Below are positions 11,410-24,974 of a DNA stretch of 64,000 nt, piece after piece (the stretch's first letter is position 1; every line of letters begins with the position of its first letter). Made by a program: the position numbers and the translations under genes. This stretch comes from Ramazzottius varieornatus (lineage: Eukaryota; Animalia; Tardigrada). The notes beneath the pieces were generated by a model. The model saw nothing but the letters and a program-made list of their open reading frames with translations. It did no database searches and had not been told where the DNA came from. The DNA lies in NCBI GenBank assembly GCA_001949185.1, contig BDGG01000018.1, positions 588,693-652,692 on the forward strand, written 5' to 3'.

Positions 11410-13150
11410 GTGATTGAGATAGCCCCGACAGAGTTCAAAGCCTTGATGCGGTACTGTTTCCCCACAAAAGACTACCTGTCGTACGAGAAGCTGGCGTCAG
11501 TGCTCGATCCCAGTCCCACTTCCGCACCTTCCCTCTGGAGGAGAGTCTTTGACCGACAAGCTGTGCTGGCTGTCTTCTACCAGCTGGACTATGCTGCCGA
11601 TGTCCCGCGAGTGTCGAAATGCATACGCATTCGCAAGGAGAGGAACTCCAGCCTGCAGTATGTCTTGGTTCCCACCGTCTATCTACACGGGCAAGAACTG
11701 TCCGACTCGCATGTGTCGGCTATTCTCGGCTCCGCCGTACTTCGCAAGCCGGAAGATGTAACCAGGCTGCTAGAAAGCCTGGATACAGCGGGTATGGAGG
11801 AGGAAGATGGGCTAAAATTCTGTTAATAGGCAATTCTGATGAAATCTTTAAAATTATCTCGTCCTGTGTTTCTTTAACGGAACCCAGCAGTCTCTTCGCA
11901 CTGCAATCGCAATTCACCGCCACTCCTACCCGCACTCTGCAGCCAAAGCCTAATATCTCCTTCCTTCCGGTGGTGTCCAGCCACCGAAAGGTGGAAGCCT
12001 ACCAGCTTCAAATGAACAAAGTTGTTTCTTTGCTTTAGCCATCCTTGAGAAGGACAAACCAAAGCAGCATAAGACCCGACGGAAACGACGTGATATGCCG
12101 GTCAGAGGTCCTTCGCCTCCTGGCCAGATTATAAGCACAGCCTTTGATGGCGGCTCGGGTATCGATGCATCCCTTTCAGCAAAATTGACGGTCAACTTCA
12201 CGAATTTCTGACTGAATAAATTGGGCTTGTCCTTACGGATAAAATGTTTGGTCTCTATGGGTTCCTGAAGCAGCCAAGCGGTCCAGTTCCTCCTGAATGC
12301 ATTGAGCTTCACAACACAACCGCACCGTGGAACTTCTCGGTTCCTGGTGAGGGCAAAGTAGTCTTACATGAGCTGTACCCTCAGGTTCTCATTGAGGAAC
12401 AGGCCATGCTCACTCTTCAGGTACGAACGTGTCGACATAACGGCTTCACAATATGGCGAGTCGGACGATGAATTCACCCACATCAACACTGAAGACGTGC
12501 GCCGCTTGGGAAAATAATCAAACTCGATCAGATCGCTTTCCCAAGTGGCGTACACTCCCAGCCATTGACACTGAAAAGGTGCGCCACTTGTGGTGACAAT
12601 CTGGCAGAAATCATCTGCCGACGTCCCGTTTGATCCTATGATTTCTTTTATGGTCTACTGAAATCGAGCCGTATTATTTTTAGCGACAGTCTAGCATGTA
12701 CAAATGGTTCATATTCATCCAGCTCCTCGGCGGCGAACGAGGTCTCTTCCGGTTGAGTTCTATATGGGTCAACGACAAGAGCGGCCAAATGATGGAGGTT
12801 CTGGGCAAGAACGCCATCTTTGCTCTCGATCGTAAGTAATGTACACATCGTGATTATTCCTGAGAAAGGGAGTTCCGGAAGGAGAGACAACACAGTTATT
12901 CCTGAGACTTTCGGTAAAATTAAACTGTATACTCAGAGTTTTATTTCTGTTGGTAGAGCATGTAGTGGATGTAGTCAAGGCTGGAATCTTGGCGTTAGCC
13001 AAGAGCGTGCCCGGACGAAATGTATCGACGAAAAACTTTCTTTCGACCAGATTTTCTTCTTGGCGTGGGGCAAATGCCGAAGCCATCCGTGCGGAAGGTG
13101 CTTTGCCCAAGAAAGGACTGAAACGGAGCCTGACTAATGATTCGAAGTAG
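11410..13150 (+). pseudogene. Uncharacterised spliced gene or pseudogene (3' exons splice in frame, 5' part interrupted)
   Basis: ...EEQAMLTLQ|gtacg (12421), tttttag|RQSSMYKWF...IFALD|gtaagt, tag|QHVVDVVKAG...NDSK* join in frame; the upstream frame contains stops; no family recognised. Confidence 0.35.
12497..12590. repeat. Palindromic 12-25-12 repeat, 1.5 units, in a predicted intron
   Basis: Half-site 12497, linker 33, unit 12542 with spacer 25. Confidence 0.9.
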
Positions 13151-13926
13151 TTCTGAATATTCACGCTTCCTTACGTCTTTTGAACCACGGTTGCAGCGTG
13201 GTGAAGACAATCATTACAATACAGTACAGTATCATCGTCAGACTTGTACTCATTGGACTCTGAGTAGTCATTGGTCAGTCATATAATTATGTGATTCGGG
13301 ACTCAGGGCTGCGACATCATAATACAAAAGAAAAGCGGTATTCCGAAAACTATCAAGCTGATGTCTATTATGTCGAAATACATGGGGAGGTGATCGGAAG
13401 AGTAAGCTTGAGGGAGATACCATGCAAAAGCAGCAGGAACACTGAAGAAAACAATAGCGCACACAAGGAACGTCGTCACCCTTCGTCCTTCGCTGACTCC
13501 AGCACCTCTGCTGGAAGATAAATCGTGTCCTTGTTAGAAGCAAGGCCAGTCGAAGTTGTCGAACCCAGGCCGATCGATGTCGATTTCGACATTTCGAACG
13601 GATCGGAAACAAAACGGATTTCTTAGCACTGTTTGAAACGAAAGGATTGTTAATATTAGAGAGAAACTTCATTGGAGTTTATGGGGTCAGAATCCGATAT
13701 ACTGTATACATGAAAGCCACAGTATCACTACGGTATGTTAACTGTGTATAAAAATCAATCGATACTGTCTACGAGAGAGGATGATCAAGAGAGGCCAGAG
13801 CACCATGCAGAAAAGTAGCACAGTACCGCTTTATACTGGTATTACACGTCTACTGAATTTTTAACGTCGTGTCCCAATCAGAAAATGCGAACTGGTATGT
13901 TGGGATTTGATAAAGAAATCCTTGGT

Positions 13927-15352
13927 TTACGGAAATTGGGTAGGTCTGGAGCTCCGACTCCTAACCTCCGTGATGATGAAACTGGACGCTTGCGAAGGCC
14001 GGCTTCCATCATCTCCCCTCACCAATCGGCTACTCAACGGGGAGCTGGAGCCATCTGCCGTCACCGCCAAATCCGAAGCTCGTAGTTGGTCCAAAGGTAC
14101 TCCCCTCAACCGCGAAGGAGCTTCGCATACCGGGCAGGTTCCCGACTTTTCCTTATCACCAGTTCTTCCCACCACCCTACACACTTGTTGCACACCTGCT
14201 GAGGTCTTTACCCAGTCCACCAATGGCTGGAGACCTTCATCGCATTGTAATGGGTTGCCGTATAGAGTAACGTCTTCCAACGCGGTATCGCTGCGCCAAG
14301 CTAGCACGAACTCTCGGGGGATCGCTGACAGACGGTTGTTGTCCAAAAGCAGGAAGCGCAATGCGTTCAGTCGAAGCAGCCCTACATTCAGCAAGCTAGT
14401 TCGTACGGAACACAACCATACCGGTAACATTCACCAAAAACGGGACGGCGCAGATCCAGATGAATTCACCCAAGTCGTTGTTCCACGTGGCGCACGCTCT
14501 CTGTCAATAACACTGTGCACGTGCGCCACTTGGAAAAATGATCAAAACTCGACAAGATTGTTGTTTTCAAGTAGCGCACACTGGCGGCACATAAAAACGG
14601 AAACTTGCACCACTTGAAACAACGTTTTAGGTGGAAAGTATTTGCCACGTTCTAAATCAGGGGAAATTACCGCGAGGAAGGACGATCAACTGGTTTCCCC
14701 TCAAATCCAACCGTTCGACCCTTGTTATTCGATCGAACAGATCGTTTGGTAGTTGACGAAGATTATTGTTGCGTAAGTCCAAAACTCGAAGAAGAGCCTG
14801 ACTGGTAAAAGCATCGACCGATACTTGGCTGATTTTGTTATCGGCTAATGTCAGTGACTGTAGCTTGGGCAGGAACCTCAGGCTTTGCCCGTCGATGGAT
14901 GTAATTTGGTTTTGTCCTAGGTTCAGTACACCCAACTGGGGTAAATCTGCCAAGGATAAATCCGTCAAGCTCCTGATGTTGTTGCCGGTTAGGTCCAGAG
15001 TGAAGAGACGGGAGAGTCCGCTGGCTGTACTAGCCGAAAGTCGTTCGATACCAGCATTCTTCAGAACGAGTTTGTCTAGTCGTGGCAAGTCACCAAATTC
15101 AGGCGGTACGTCCGGTCCGTACGGCTTAGAACGAGACGGCCCTGAGATGACAATCTCAAGTACTTGGACATTGCGATCGAATCTTGTGAGGTCCAGCGGG
15201 GGACTGCGATCCACCAGCTGGCAGCGGATTCGTTTCTGGCCATCTTGAGCAACGTCACACTGACAGGAAGTCGGACATGCCGCCTCAGTTACCCCTCGTT
15301 CCACCAGGATGTAAGAAGCTACGATGAACAGCATCCAGGACATTCCTGCCAT
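13927..15352 (-). CDS. Secreted/cell-surface leucine-rich repeat protein (signal peptide, LRRNT, multiple LRRs, LRRCT); exons 15352-14671 and 14381-~13966; 3' end uncertain
   Basis: Signal peptide MAGMSWMLFIVASYILV..., CPTSCQC cap, repeated LxxLxLxxNxI, LYGNPLQCD...C..PSRLRG cap; intron 14670-14382 restores the frame. Confidence 0.85.
14484..14616. repeat. Palindromic 12-25-12 repeat, 2 units, LRR gene intron
   Basis: Spacers 25/25, linker 35. Confidence 0.9.
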
Positions 15353-17002
15353 ATCCGGACGCTATTCGCGATTTTGACAACCGCAACAAATGCAGCAAAG
15401 AATTCAAACGTTTAAAAAGTAGAAAATTGTAGCAGAAACTAGTGCTGATTGTGCACCAGGAAGTGCTGCAGGTACGCCGCTGTTTGAAGACGGCATTAAG
15501 GCAACGTTCTAGCATTCACATTAACATCTCACTTGTATTTTATTTACTGTATTCCCTCGAAAGTTCTGCGAAACACGTGACTGTCGTGGTAAATATCATC
15601 CGGCGGGGCACAGAAAGTATCTATACCTTCAATCAAAGACTGCTCCCCAGTCAAGTGTAAAGATGGGCGACAATCAAACAATCAGCGGTACCAGTGCGGG
15701 TGCAATTTACTGCCATGATGACGTAATTCGCAGAACTATCGACGGAATACAGTACATAACATTGTGGAACTAATCCATTACAGAAGCACGCGGAAATTTG
15801 AATTCATACTTTGTTTATGTTTCTCATGACACGACAAGCAGAAAATTCAGTGTCTGTCTACCTGGAAAAACACCGCAGTAGCTGACGCGAAAAACATCGA
15901 CTGTTGACTGTTACGATACTGAGTGATTCCTGCGTGTTCTTGCACAGACGAGTACTGCCTTCATAAATCGGAAGGCATCCATATTTTATGGACCATTTAC
16001 GTGGCTAGCTCTGTCTCTCTGACAAGTCGACAAAACGATCTAGTGTGTTCAGTCTTTTCGATCATCCACCTCAAGCCAAAGCACAGCGGCGCTCAGGACG
16101 AGAAAAAACTTGAAAAGAAAATCATTCAAGTTGCGAAGACTCTTTCAACATGCCATTCTATCCCCGTCAATCCAGAAAGGCTGACCAGAACAATGACTAT
16201 CGATACGGCTGCGAATTCCTGTTCTTTCGCCGCTTTAGCTCGCACAGAACAGTCTTATGGGTGATGACGGCGTCTTCCGTATCCCAACTGCAGGCGTGTG
16301 ACTGTTAAAATTTCGGTTTTCGATTGCAAAAGAATTTGCTTTCGGGCTTCGGCTGTAACCAGATACTGTACGAGTACTTTACCATCTGGTTTGCTCTTTG
16401 ACACGCACACAAAATCAAACCGATTGCTTGGGAAACACCGGTTACTGTGTGCAATTCTCGCCAGTTTCTCACCAGTAAACAGATGGTAACCTTGAACGTG
16501 CTTTCCCGTTAACGCTATGAGTGTTTCCCCACTAATTAAACTCAAAACGCTCGATGATGTGTGGCCTACAACAACGTAACGCTGCTAAAAACGACAAAGC
16601 TGACCTTGAAATATTCTGCAGTCGAAGATTCGACAAGAAGATGGATATTATAACCAGATTTGCGAGAACGTAAACGTGAGTATAGTTGCCACTGGACCAC
16701 TGGTGGGATACGCAAGGCAAGCTTGCGGGCAGTGGTCAAGCGAGACGTCCATGACGTCGTCCAGAGCAGTGCCTTCAGGTTCTCCATTGATTGGTACTGT
16801 AGCTCGTTGATTTACTCTGACAACAATTACACACTTTCGTATTAGAGTTTCATGACTTTCATCTCTGCTTTCATCTATCCAAATCCCATCCAACTGATAT
16901 ATTTTCCTCACTGTGGGTATACAAGCAGGAATATTCACCGAACAGCAGATCGAGCCAGGTGTGCATTGCTACTAACGGAGGGAATGCTTTGGGGACAGTG
17001 CA

Positions 17003-20000
17003 ATGAGCGTGTGGATGGTCATCCTTCGTCTTGAGCTTCCGACCGAAGCTCGATCTCCGGCCAGCTTTGACTTTGCCAGTAAGTAACTGCCTCTTGCCCT
17101 ATCATATTATTGTCGTAACCTCTCTTCATGTATCGTTTCAGCTGAGCGCCATTCGAAGCAACTATACGAGCCCGTTGTACCACGCTTCTACGACAGTAAA
17201 GCCGAGTTCCAAGCAGCTGTCAAGAGAGCGCGTGGTAAACGCAACTTCCGCTCGTATCGCATCGAGACATATAGCCCGGCCGACGTTGCCAAAAGGACCA
17301 TGGCTCAAGGAGCCAACGAGAAGCCGGCTATTCGATCCCGACATACATCCATGAGATCGGACACTGGAGGAGATTCGGCTTCGGAAAGCGGTGTTTCAAG
17401 TAAGAAGTCGAAACCAATCTGCTGTCATCAAAAATTTGCTCTTGTCTGACGCTTTTTGCTCTACAGACGACGAATACTGTGTACAGTTCTATTATGGAAA
17501 TCCAAGCGTCGAAATGGTCAAAGGAGTCTTGCATCTGTTTCGCGAGAAGTGAGTTAAAAACTGTTCGAAACTAGGATCTGAAATAGACTTGACAAGATTG
17601 TTTTCTAAAGTGGCGCACGCGTTCAGTCAAGAAGACTGTAAGTGTGCGCCACATGGGAAAGCGATCTTGTCGAGCTGCAATTTATCGTTGGTACTTGACA
17701 TCAAGTCGTCCCGAATTTCGGTCAATGGTATCTTGGACTCTTGGCCTGGTAACTTTCTACACTACTTGCTGTTTTAGTGAGCGCACGTCACTGAAGCCCA
17801 ACGTTGCCCGAAGTTCCCTTCTGTGTATGCTGGCCGTTCCTGCATACCTGTCCACACATGATCTTCTCCGCTTCGCTGCACCCTTCGCGTACGTAGTCTC
17901 CTTCTCACTTCCCTATAGGCCTTCCCCAAGTCGTATTCATTCGTTGCCGAGTCGCTTAACCGGACTGTGAACTGGTTAACTAGAATTTTTCTTCCCTTGT
18001 AGGGCCGAAATTGAAAGGCTAAAAATCATACGAGACCAGACACCGAACCAGTACATGGTTTTACTACGCTTCCGAAGCCAGGTATAAGAATTCATTTAGG
18101 TTATCTTGTTATCCAACGTATGGCGCAACATCGACTGGACGTTTTTCTACAATGCATTCTTTTTTCATTGGCAGGAGTCTGCCGACTTGTTTTACGACCA
18201 TTTCAACGGAGTACCTTTCACATCCATCGAACCGGGCATCTGCCATTTGGCCTATGTGGCCAAAGTGGACTGTGTCCAAGACATGGAGGTAACAGTACAA
18301 AGTGCACTTTAAAAAACCAGAAAGAAGCTTACTTGATTGCTCATGCGGATTTGTCCGTGTAGGGTGGTGGAATGAGTCTGAAGGGCGTCACGGAGTTGCC
18401 GACCTGCGCTTTCTGTCTGGAGAGAATGGTAACAAATTCTCCCACATCGTGTCTCTTGACACCGACAACTATCTGTGCGGCAGACGGAAAATGACCACTT
18501 GAGTTTTCTAGGATGAAGCAGCCAATGGGGTCCTGACTATTTTGTGTAATCATTCCTTCCACAGTGCCTGCTTGGACCAGTGGGTCGATTCAAGCTGTCC
18601 GGTATGCCGCTACTTTCAGACGCCGCAGATGGCGGAAGAACAGGCCTGCTCGACCTGCGGCATGTCATCCGATGTGAGTAGTACAACCTCCCAGGCCACA
18701 GACAACAAACGATGCTAACCCACAGCGCACCTTCTCATGGCTAATGGCTGAGAGGATGCGCCACTTGACAAAACAACCTGGTCGGCTTGACTCTTTTCCC
18801 AAGTGGCGCACTATTACGGCGTTACTTGGCTCATAGCGTGCGCCACTTGCAAAAGCCATCTTGTCGGTCGCGATTACTTTCCCAAGTGGCGCAGGTTTTT
18901 ACTGTTATTGGTCGAGAATGTGCGCCACTTGGCAAACTCCTGGGTTCTTTGTCAAGCAGTCGTTTGATTTTGAGGTTCTATCTTTCGTAGGATCTGTGGT
19001 TATGTGTGATATGTGGGAATATTGGCTGCGGTCGCTATTCGGACAAACACGCATTTGTGTGAGTCGCTCACCGTAAATCCAGACTTTGTCCTCTCACTTC
19101 TTACAAGTTGTGTTTTTTCGTGTCTGTCATGCAGACATTTTGAAGAGACGCAGCACACGTACGCCCTGAACATGAAAACGCAACGGGTATGGGACTACGT
19201 GGGAGACGGATACGTTCATCGGCTGATCCAGGGCCAAGATGCCGACAACAAGGTGGTAGAGTACCAAGCCGGAAGTGGACAGCAGGATGAGAAGCTCGAA
19301 TCGATTACTCTCGAAGTAAGTCTAAGACAAGCTTGAATGGTGGACAAAAGGAGAGGTTCCATTCGAGAACACGCTGAATGGCTTTCTAGTATACGTACCT
19401 CTTAACGACTCAGTTGGAGTCGCAAAGACATTACTTCGAAGAACGGATAGAAAATCTGGCTCGCGCTGGCGAGGAAGAACGCGAAAAGATGAGGAGAAAC
19501 TTTGACGAGCTCTTTGCGAAAGAAAAGCAGCTTTCTGAACAGCGGAGGATAGAAGCCTTGTGTGCTGCGGAACGACGGGCGGAAGAGCTGGGGCAAGAGC
19601 TTGAGGCTAGGCTGACGAAAGAACGCGACGCTTTAGACAAGAAGTACCAACAGGTGCGACCATTTAAAATCCTATAGATGTTTGGGCCGGCAGGTGAGGA
19701 ATCCAGACAGATCATTTTTCAAAGTGGCGCACGTTTGCTGTTAATAACACTGCAGGCATGCGCCACTTGGGAAAACGAACAAGATCGCTTTCCGCAGTGG
19801 CGCACGCTGTTGGATAGTAACAATGAGAATGTGCGCCACTTGACAAGACGATCTGGTTGGAACTGTTTGCCTACGTCCCGTTTGTGGAAGGCTTTAAAGA
19901 CGGTGTTGCTTAGACGGTGACGAAACTGGTCAAGGTGACGAAAGACTTGGAGACTGAGAAACACATGAATGAGTGTCTACGGAGTAATCAGAATGAGCAT

Positions 20001-20326
20001 ACTGCGATCATTGAGAAACTAAAGAAGGAAAAAGAACTGGCCGCGGCTGAAGCATCGAAGGTATGTCGGAAGCCAGCATCATTTCTATGTGTCGAAGAGC
20101 GATGAGAGCGTATTGAAGTGATTGTTTGATCCTACAGGAAATAACGGACTTGAAGGAGCAAATTACCGACCTGATGTTCCACATGCAGACTACCAGTCGC
20201 GTCGAAGAGCTGCCTGAGGCCATACGGCAGGAAATCCAGGAGGGTAACATCAACACACAAGCTTCTGCTAGAAGTGGCGCCAGCACTTCTTCGGCCAAAA
20301 GCAGAGCAAGACGGAGGAACGAATGA
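17003..20326 (+). CDS. BRAP: BRCA1-associated protein (BRAP2/IMP) E3 ligase: BRAP2 domain, RING-H2, ZnF-UBP, coiled coil; multi-exon
   Basis: Start [12 protein letters not shown]; [16 protein letters not shown]; [16 protein letters not shown]...[23 protein letters not shown]; UBP finger [15 protein letters not shown]...[11 protein letters not shown]...[15 protein letters not shown]; [17 protein letters not shown]; [16 protein letters not shown]. Confidence 0.95.
17607..17655. repeat. Palindromic 12-25-12 repeat, 1 unit with long arms, BRAP intron
   Basis: Spacer 25; arms gacttgacaagattgttttc / gaaagcgatcttgtcgagc. Confidence 0.9.
18719..18931. repeat. Palindromic 12-25-12 repeat, 3 units, BRAP intron
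   Basis: Spacers 25/26/25, linkers 32/33. Confidence 0.9.
19721..19842. repeat. Palindromic 12-25-12 repeat, 2 units, BRAP intron
   Basis: Spacers 25/25, linker 24. Confidence 0.9.
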
Positions 20327-20728
20327 GCTGTCTGAACATTTTTCTGGTTTTATCTCCACAGTGGAAATATGCGGTCTTTCGGGGTAGATGTTATCGTTTT
20401 ATGGAATTTCAGTCGAGATGCTATGTTGGTTCGGTAAAAAAGAAGAAGGTATTTCTAAGGAATAAAATGAAACGAAATGGGAGTATTCGTCCACTGCGAA
20501 AACTATAAACAGATGAGAGAGAATGTATCAAAGAATGTGCTAACATGATGAGATTTCGTAAGAAAGGAGCAAATTCCTGTCAACAATAAAAACATCAAGC
20601 ATGTTTTCTGTCGAAAGGAACAAAAATCTGTGGAAGGCTCAACCAGGAACTAAGAATATTCTTTGGCAGTGACGGAGAAGGATTACCCCACGAAATGGAT
20701 AAACTATAATCACAGGATCGAATTCCAT

Positions 20729-20755
20729 GACACGGACACGGACACGGACACGGAC
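20729..20755. repeat. (CACGGA)4 microsatellite
   Basis: Directly visible. Confidence 0.75.
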
Positions 20756-20971
20756 TAACAAAGACCCGGAAGTGCAGTTTCTTGCTCATTGGTCTATTCC
20801 TGCCGCATCTTCTGCAAGACGCTTCGGACGACGCGCAGATCTGTAAGAACGGTCTTGGTAATCTCCTGAGCCTGCTCTTTCCGACTTCCACTGCGTCGTC
20901 TCTGAAGGAGAATGTCAGGGCGTAACAAGAAAATGCCAGCTTGGAAAACAAAGTCAATAGGATTATCTCGT

Positions 20972-21102
20972 CAAGTGGCGCACTTTCCAGTGCCACTGCT
21001 CAACGAATGCTCCGCTCAACAAAAAAAACTGTGGCGAGTTTCACTGTTTTTCTCAGAGGGCGCACCTTCCCACTATCATTACCCGGAAAAGTGCGCCACT
21101 TG
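20972..21102. repeat. Palindromic 12-25-12 repeat, 2 units (first degenerate), ATRX-like intron
   Basis: Unit starts 20972 and 21054 (82 apart); second spacer 25. Confidence 0.85.
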
Positions 21103-22346
21103 TGAAAACGATCTCGTCGAGTTTGTTCACCGTGCCTGTAAATAAGACGCGAAAAATAGTGAAAATATGTATTGCGAAATTACTTGTGAGATGTATTTTG
21201 CAATGAAAGTCTCCAGAGAAGCCATATCAGCAGCAGCGCACAGGAACTTCCCAGCTCGACTTTTAGCAGCATTGAAGAGCTCGGCCAACTTTGCCAGGTC
21301 CACCGACGCTTGTGCAAATGGATTACCCCGGTCCTCAATCGGCGTCTGGCTCGACATCCAGTGGTGCTTGATCTGAGCCAGAACGACGCCATCCAGCGGT
21401 GTGTCGACGGCAGCACTTGTGCAGGTGACGACGGCAGGCGAGCTTGCGGGACGCTGAGTAGGTGAAGTGTTGGAGGCATTTTCCTGCTGTAGCTGTAGCT
21501 GACGAGCAGCTATTTCCTCTTCCTGGGCTTTCTGTCGCATCGGGCCCACGATCTCTCGAAGAAATCTCATGTCCACCACTAACTTGTTGAAAATGTCCCG
21601 GTTCCGATCGTCACGGCTTAAATTTCGTCGTGTCTGCAAAGGAAAGCGGAAACGAACGGTCAGCTCAACACTTACTGCGGGTCTTGGTTGAACTTCCTGA
21701 TCAGGTCGAACCGTCTATCAGTATCGGTACTTCCGTCAAAGGACAGATAGTTGACGTTGGTTTCAAACCCTATCCGCCGTCAATCGGGCGTCGTCAGCTT
21801 CTCCGTATCAATACTGACCAGCAACTCTTCCGAACAGTGCAAAACAGCGATGCGATCCGAAAAGATCAACCTAAAGATCACCTCAAGTCAACCACTTATC
21901 CACCCAAAGACTTTTATAACACTGATGTTAGACTTACACTTTGTCATTCAACGCACGAGCTTCCGACAGAATCTGCCGGATAACGATAGCTTTCGCTCCC
22001 AGGTTGGTCACGAACTTGTCACTGGTCGGTAAGAGACCCTCAAACCAGATAGGCAAGACCTTATTGGCCGACAGTGGTTCTACCCTGCACAAGGCCAATA
22101 TGAATATATACAATAGAGAAAAAAACCACTTCCGGTTGATCAATCAGACTTACACTTCATCACTAGGTTCTGCTTCTTCCTCAACGGTCCCGCCGCTCTT
22201 CTGGCGCTCTTTTCCCGCCTTCTTCTTTTTCTTGTTTGTTTCTCTTATTCGTCGGTTCAAGTCTTGCAACAACAACTGAAAGAAAAACAAAGATCGTATC
22301 AGTATGGATGGATGCTCGGTAAACACATTCGACAGGATTCCTTTTT

Positions 22347-22559
22347 CATGTGACGCACGCGCACGCTATTACTGACTGATAGCGTGCGCCACTTGATAAA
22401 ACAAAGCTGTCGAGCTTGATTGTTTTCCCAAGTACCGCATTTCGTCAGTGTTATTTCATGACAGCGTGCGCCACTGTAGATGATAATCTTGCCGAGTTTG
22501 TCTGCTTTTCTAAGTGGCGCACGTTCACGGTGTTATTAGCTGCGAGCGTGCGCCGCTTG
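22347..22559. repeat. Palindromic 12-25-12 repeat, 3 units at exact 82-bp period, ATRX-like intron
   Basis: Starts 22347, 22429, 22511; spacers 25/25/25; linkers 33/33. Confidence 0.92.
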
Positions 22560-23412
22560 CAACGGTAATTTTGTCGGGTTCCTCTGCGGATTACTGTAAT
22601 TTACAGACATTTTCACGGCTTACTTTCTTTCGCTCTTTTTGTTCTTCCTTCTGCAGACAGCGCGGGTGGAATGTGATCAACTATGCCGTCTTGATGACGG
22701 ACATGAATGGCTTCCTGGCTTTGACGGCTTTGGCTTCATCGGAGCCGTTACAGTGTTTGATGAAGGCTTCGTACAGGTGTGTCTGTTCGGCGGTCAAGCG
22801 CAGCGTAATCAATTACTTGGTCTTGTTGGGAATGGTCTTGGCCAGGATGGAAGCGCCGCGGATCTGCAAGCAGCCAAACAGCGAATGCCGAAGGATGCTA
22901 CTGCGTTCCATCATCAGCCTGACATCGTCCCGAGCAGCTTCCTTCTTGGAGCCTTCAACGATGGGATCGAGGAACTGGATCTTGAACTCTTTGGACGAAC
23001 CCAGCAAGGCCGGCTTAACAAAGTTCACCATGGTGTAATCTACCAAACATTCATTCCCATCAATAATTCCACAAAATTAATCTTTTTATTCGGCAATATG
23101 TACAACCTACATTCATTCAAGTTATTCTGTAGTGGAGTTCCGGTCAAGGCGATGCGAGCTACAATACAGAAAAAATAGACCGTCATCATAGTACCGTTAT
23201 GCTCTACAACAAGAATAAAGCGGACGGTGCTCCCTTACCGTTGGTGTTGATCAACGATACGCACTGCAACGTTTTGCCGGTCTCGCACTTCAACATGTGC
23301 GCTTCGTCACAGACTAGTATGTCGGGACCTACGCCGAAAGTGTATCTTCAGTGCCTTGTTCTATTATGACGAACTGCAAGCTTGGCAAACGAACCCAACA
23401 AGATCGTTTCTC

Positions 23413-23461
23413 CATGTGGCGCAGACTTTCAGCCAATGACACTGTCAGTGTGCGCCACTTG
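23413..23461. repeat. Palindromic 12-25-12 repeat, 1 unit, ATRX-like intron
   Basis: Spacer 25. Confidence 0.9.
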
Positions 23462-24017
23462 GAAAAACAGTCTTATGGAGTTTGCTCGTCTAGCTTCCCT
23501 TCTACTTTTCCCCCCAATCCGTCGAGGTTACCTGGGTCGCGTAAGTACGTCAGCAGTTCTCTGTCCAGCTTGCCACTTTCGGCTTGTTGGCAGTAACTGA
23601 GGTACAAGGAGTAGCCCATAATCAGGACTCCGCCGCTTTCTTTCCAGTCCTTTACGACGCTTAGCTGGTTCTTCTTCGTGGAGTTGTCCGTGTCCAGAAC
23701 GAATGACTATCAAATATCACCAAAACTACCGTCTTCCCAAAAGGGTCCACACCAAATACAGCTCAATCACCAACGGCCGGCAAACGCTAACGACACTGCA
23801 GCTCTTACCTTGAGAGCAACATCCTGTGAAATCTTGGCCATCCATTCTTTCACTTCCGAATCCCAGTTCAGAACGACCGAGGCCGGACAGAGTACCAAGC
23901 AGGTTCTCAGATTCAGCTCCAGCGATGTCAAGACAGCTTGTAGGAACGCCAATGTCTAGAAAGAGGCAACCATCAAGTGGGTCCTCTGCAAAAAACACCC
24001 GACAAAAACTATTTGTC

Positions 24018-24230
24018 CAAGTGGCGCACTCTTGCGAACAATAACACTGCAGTAGTGCGTCACTGCGGAAACCCCCAATCACAACCGTCAAGACCGCTTT
24101 TCCAAGTGGCGCACGCTTCTAGCCAACAACATCGAAAGCGTGCGCCACTTGAAAAGTCGAACAAAGTCGAAATATTGTTTTCAAGTGGCGCACGCTTTCG
24201 ATGTTGTTGGCTGGAAGCCTGCGCCACTTG
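24018..24230. repeat. Palindromic 12-25-12 repeat, 3 units, ATRX-like intron
   Basis: Spacers 25/25/25, linkers 36/30; units 2 and 3 are near-exact reverse complements. Confidence 0.92.
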
Positions 24231-24909
24231 AAAACAATCGTTCGACTTTGTTTGGAGAGCGGCATTTGTTGCCCTCAATGACTTTCTTGACGCGTGAGAG
24301 CCGCACCTGTAGAGTTTTGCCGAGTCCCATGGAGTAAGCCAGTATGCAGCCTTGGTACTTGGCTTGCTGTATACGGTCAACGGACTCGATGACATTGCGG
24401 TACATGAAGCGGACGCCCTCTTTCTGATGTGGCTGTAGACATGTCCACAAGTCGGTATGGACTTGGACCGTCACTGGAATAGGTTCTTCCCCCTCCGCTA
24501 TGACGATGCTTCCGACATCCAGTACGTTCTCCGCATAGTGCTGTGCAATATCACACAAACTAACTCAAAGAACGTGGACGACAAACAACTCCTCTACTTA
24601 CATTTTATGAACGCTTTTCTTCCCACTCAACCAAACGTTCCAACCGTTCGTCTTCCTGAAAACAAAAGCGCAAGGTGATAGATCCACCGATACCTCATAG
24701 CAAGACGAATCCTTCCCTGGCTGTCTTACCTCGATTTTTGCCCGCAGACTTTCCGCGTCAAGTTCGTCGTCCGAAAGAATCCTTCGTTTTGGCAGTTTCT
24801 GAAATCACACAAAACCAACTGCCTATCATTTCGCTCGCAGCGACCGAAGTAAGACCCGAAAAGACCGGAAATGGCAGCCGAGCAAGCAAACTTGGCACAA
24901 TCATTTCAT

Positions 24910-24974
24910 TAAGTGGCGCACCATTCCAGCCAAGGACACTGGCAACGTGCGCCACTTGTAACGTGCGCCACTTA
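24910..24974. repeat. Palindromic 12-25-12 repeat, 1 unit plus duplicated half-site, ATRX-like intron
   Basis: Spacer 25; aacgtgcgccactt repeated 16 bp later. Confidence 0.9.

Noticed and set aside
21780-24607. Stop-codon readthrough or A-to-I repair of the ATRX-like stops
   Set aside because: Three different stop types plus an out-of-phase junction and missing motifs V-VI indicate decay. Neighbouring genes use TAA, TAG and TGA as normal stops.
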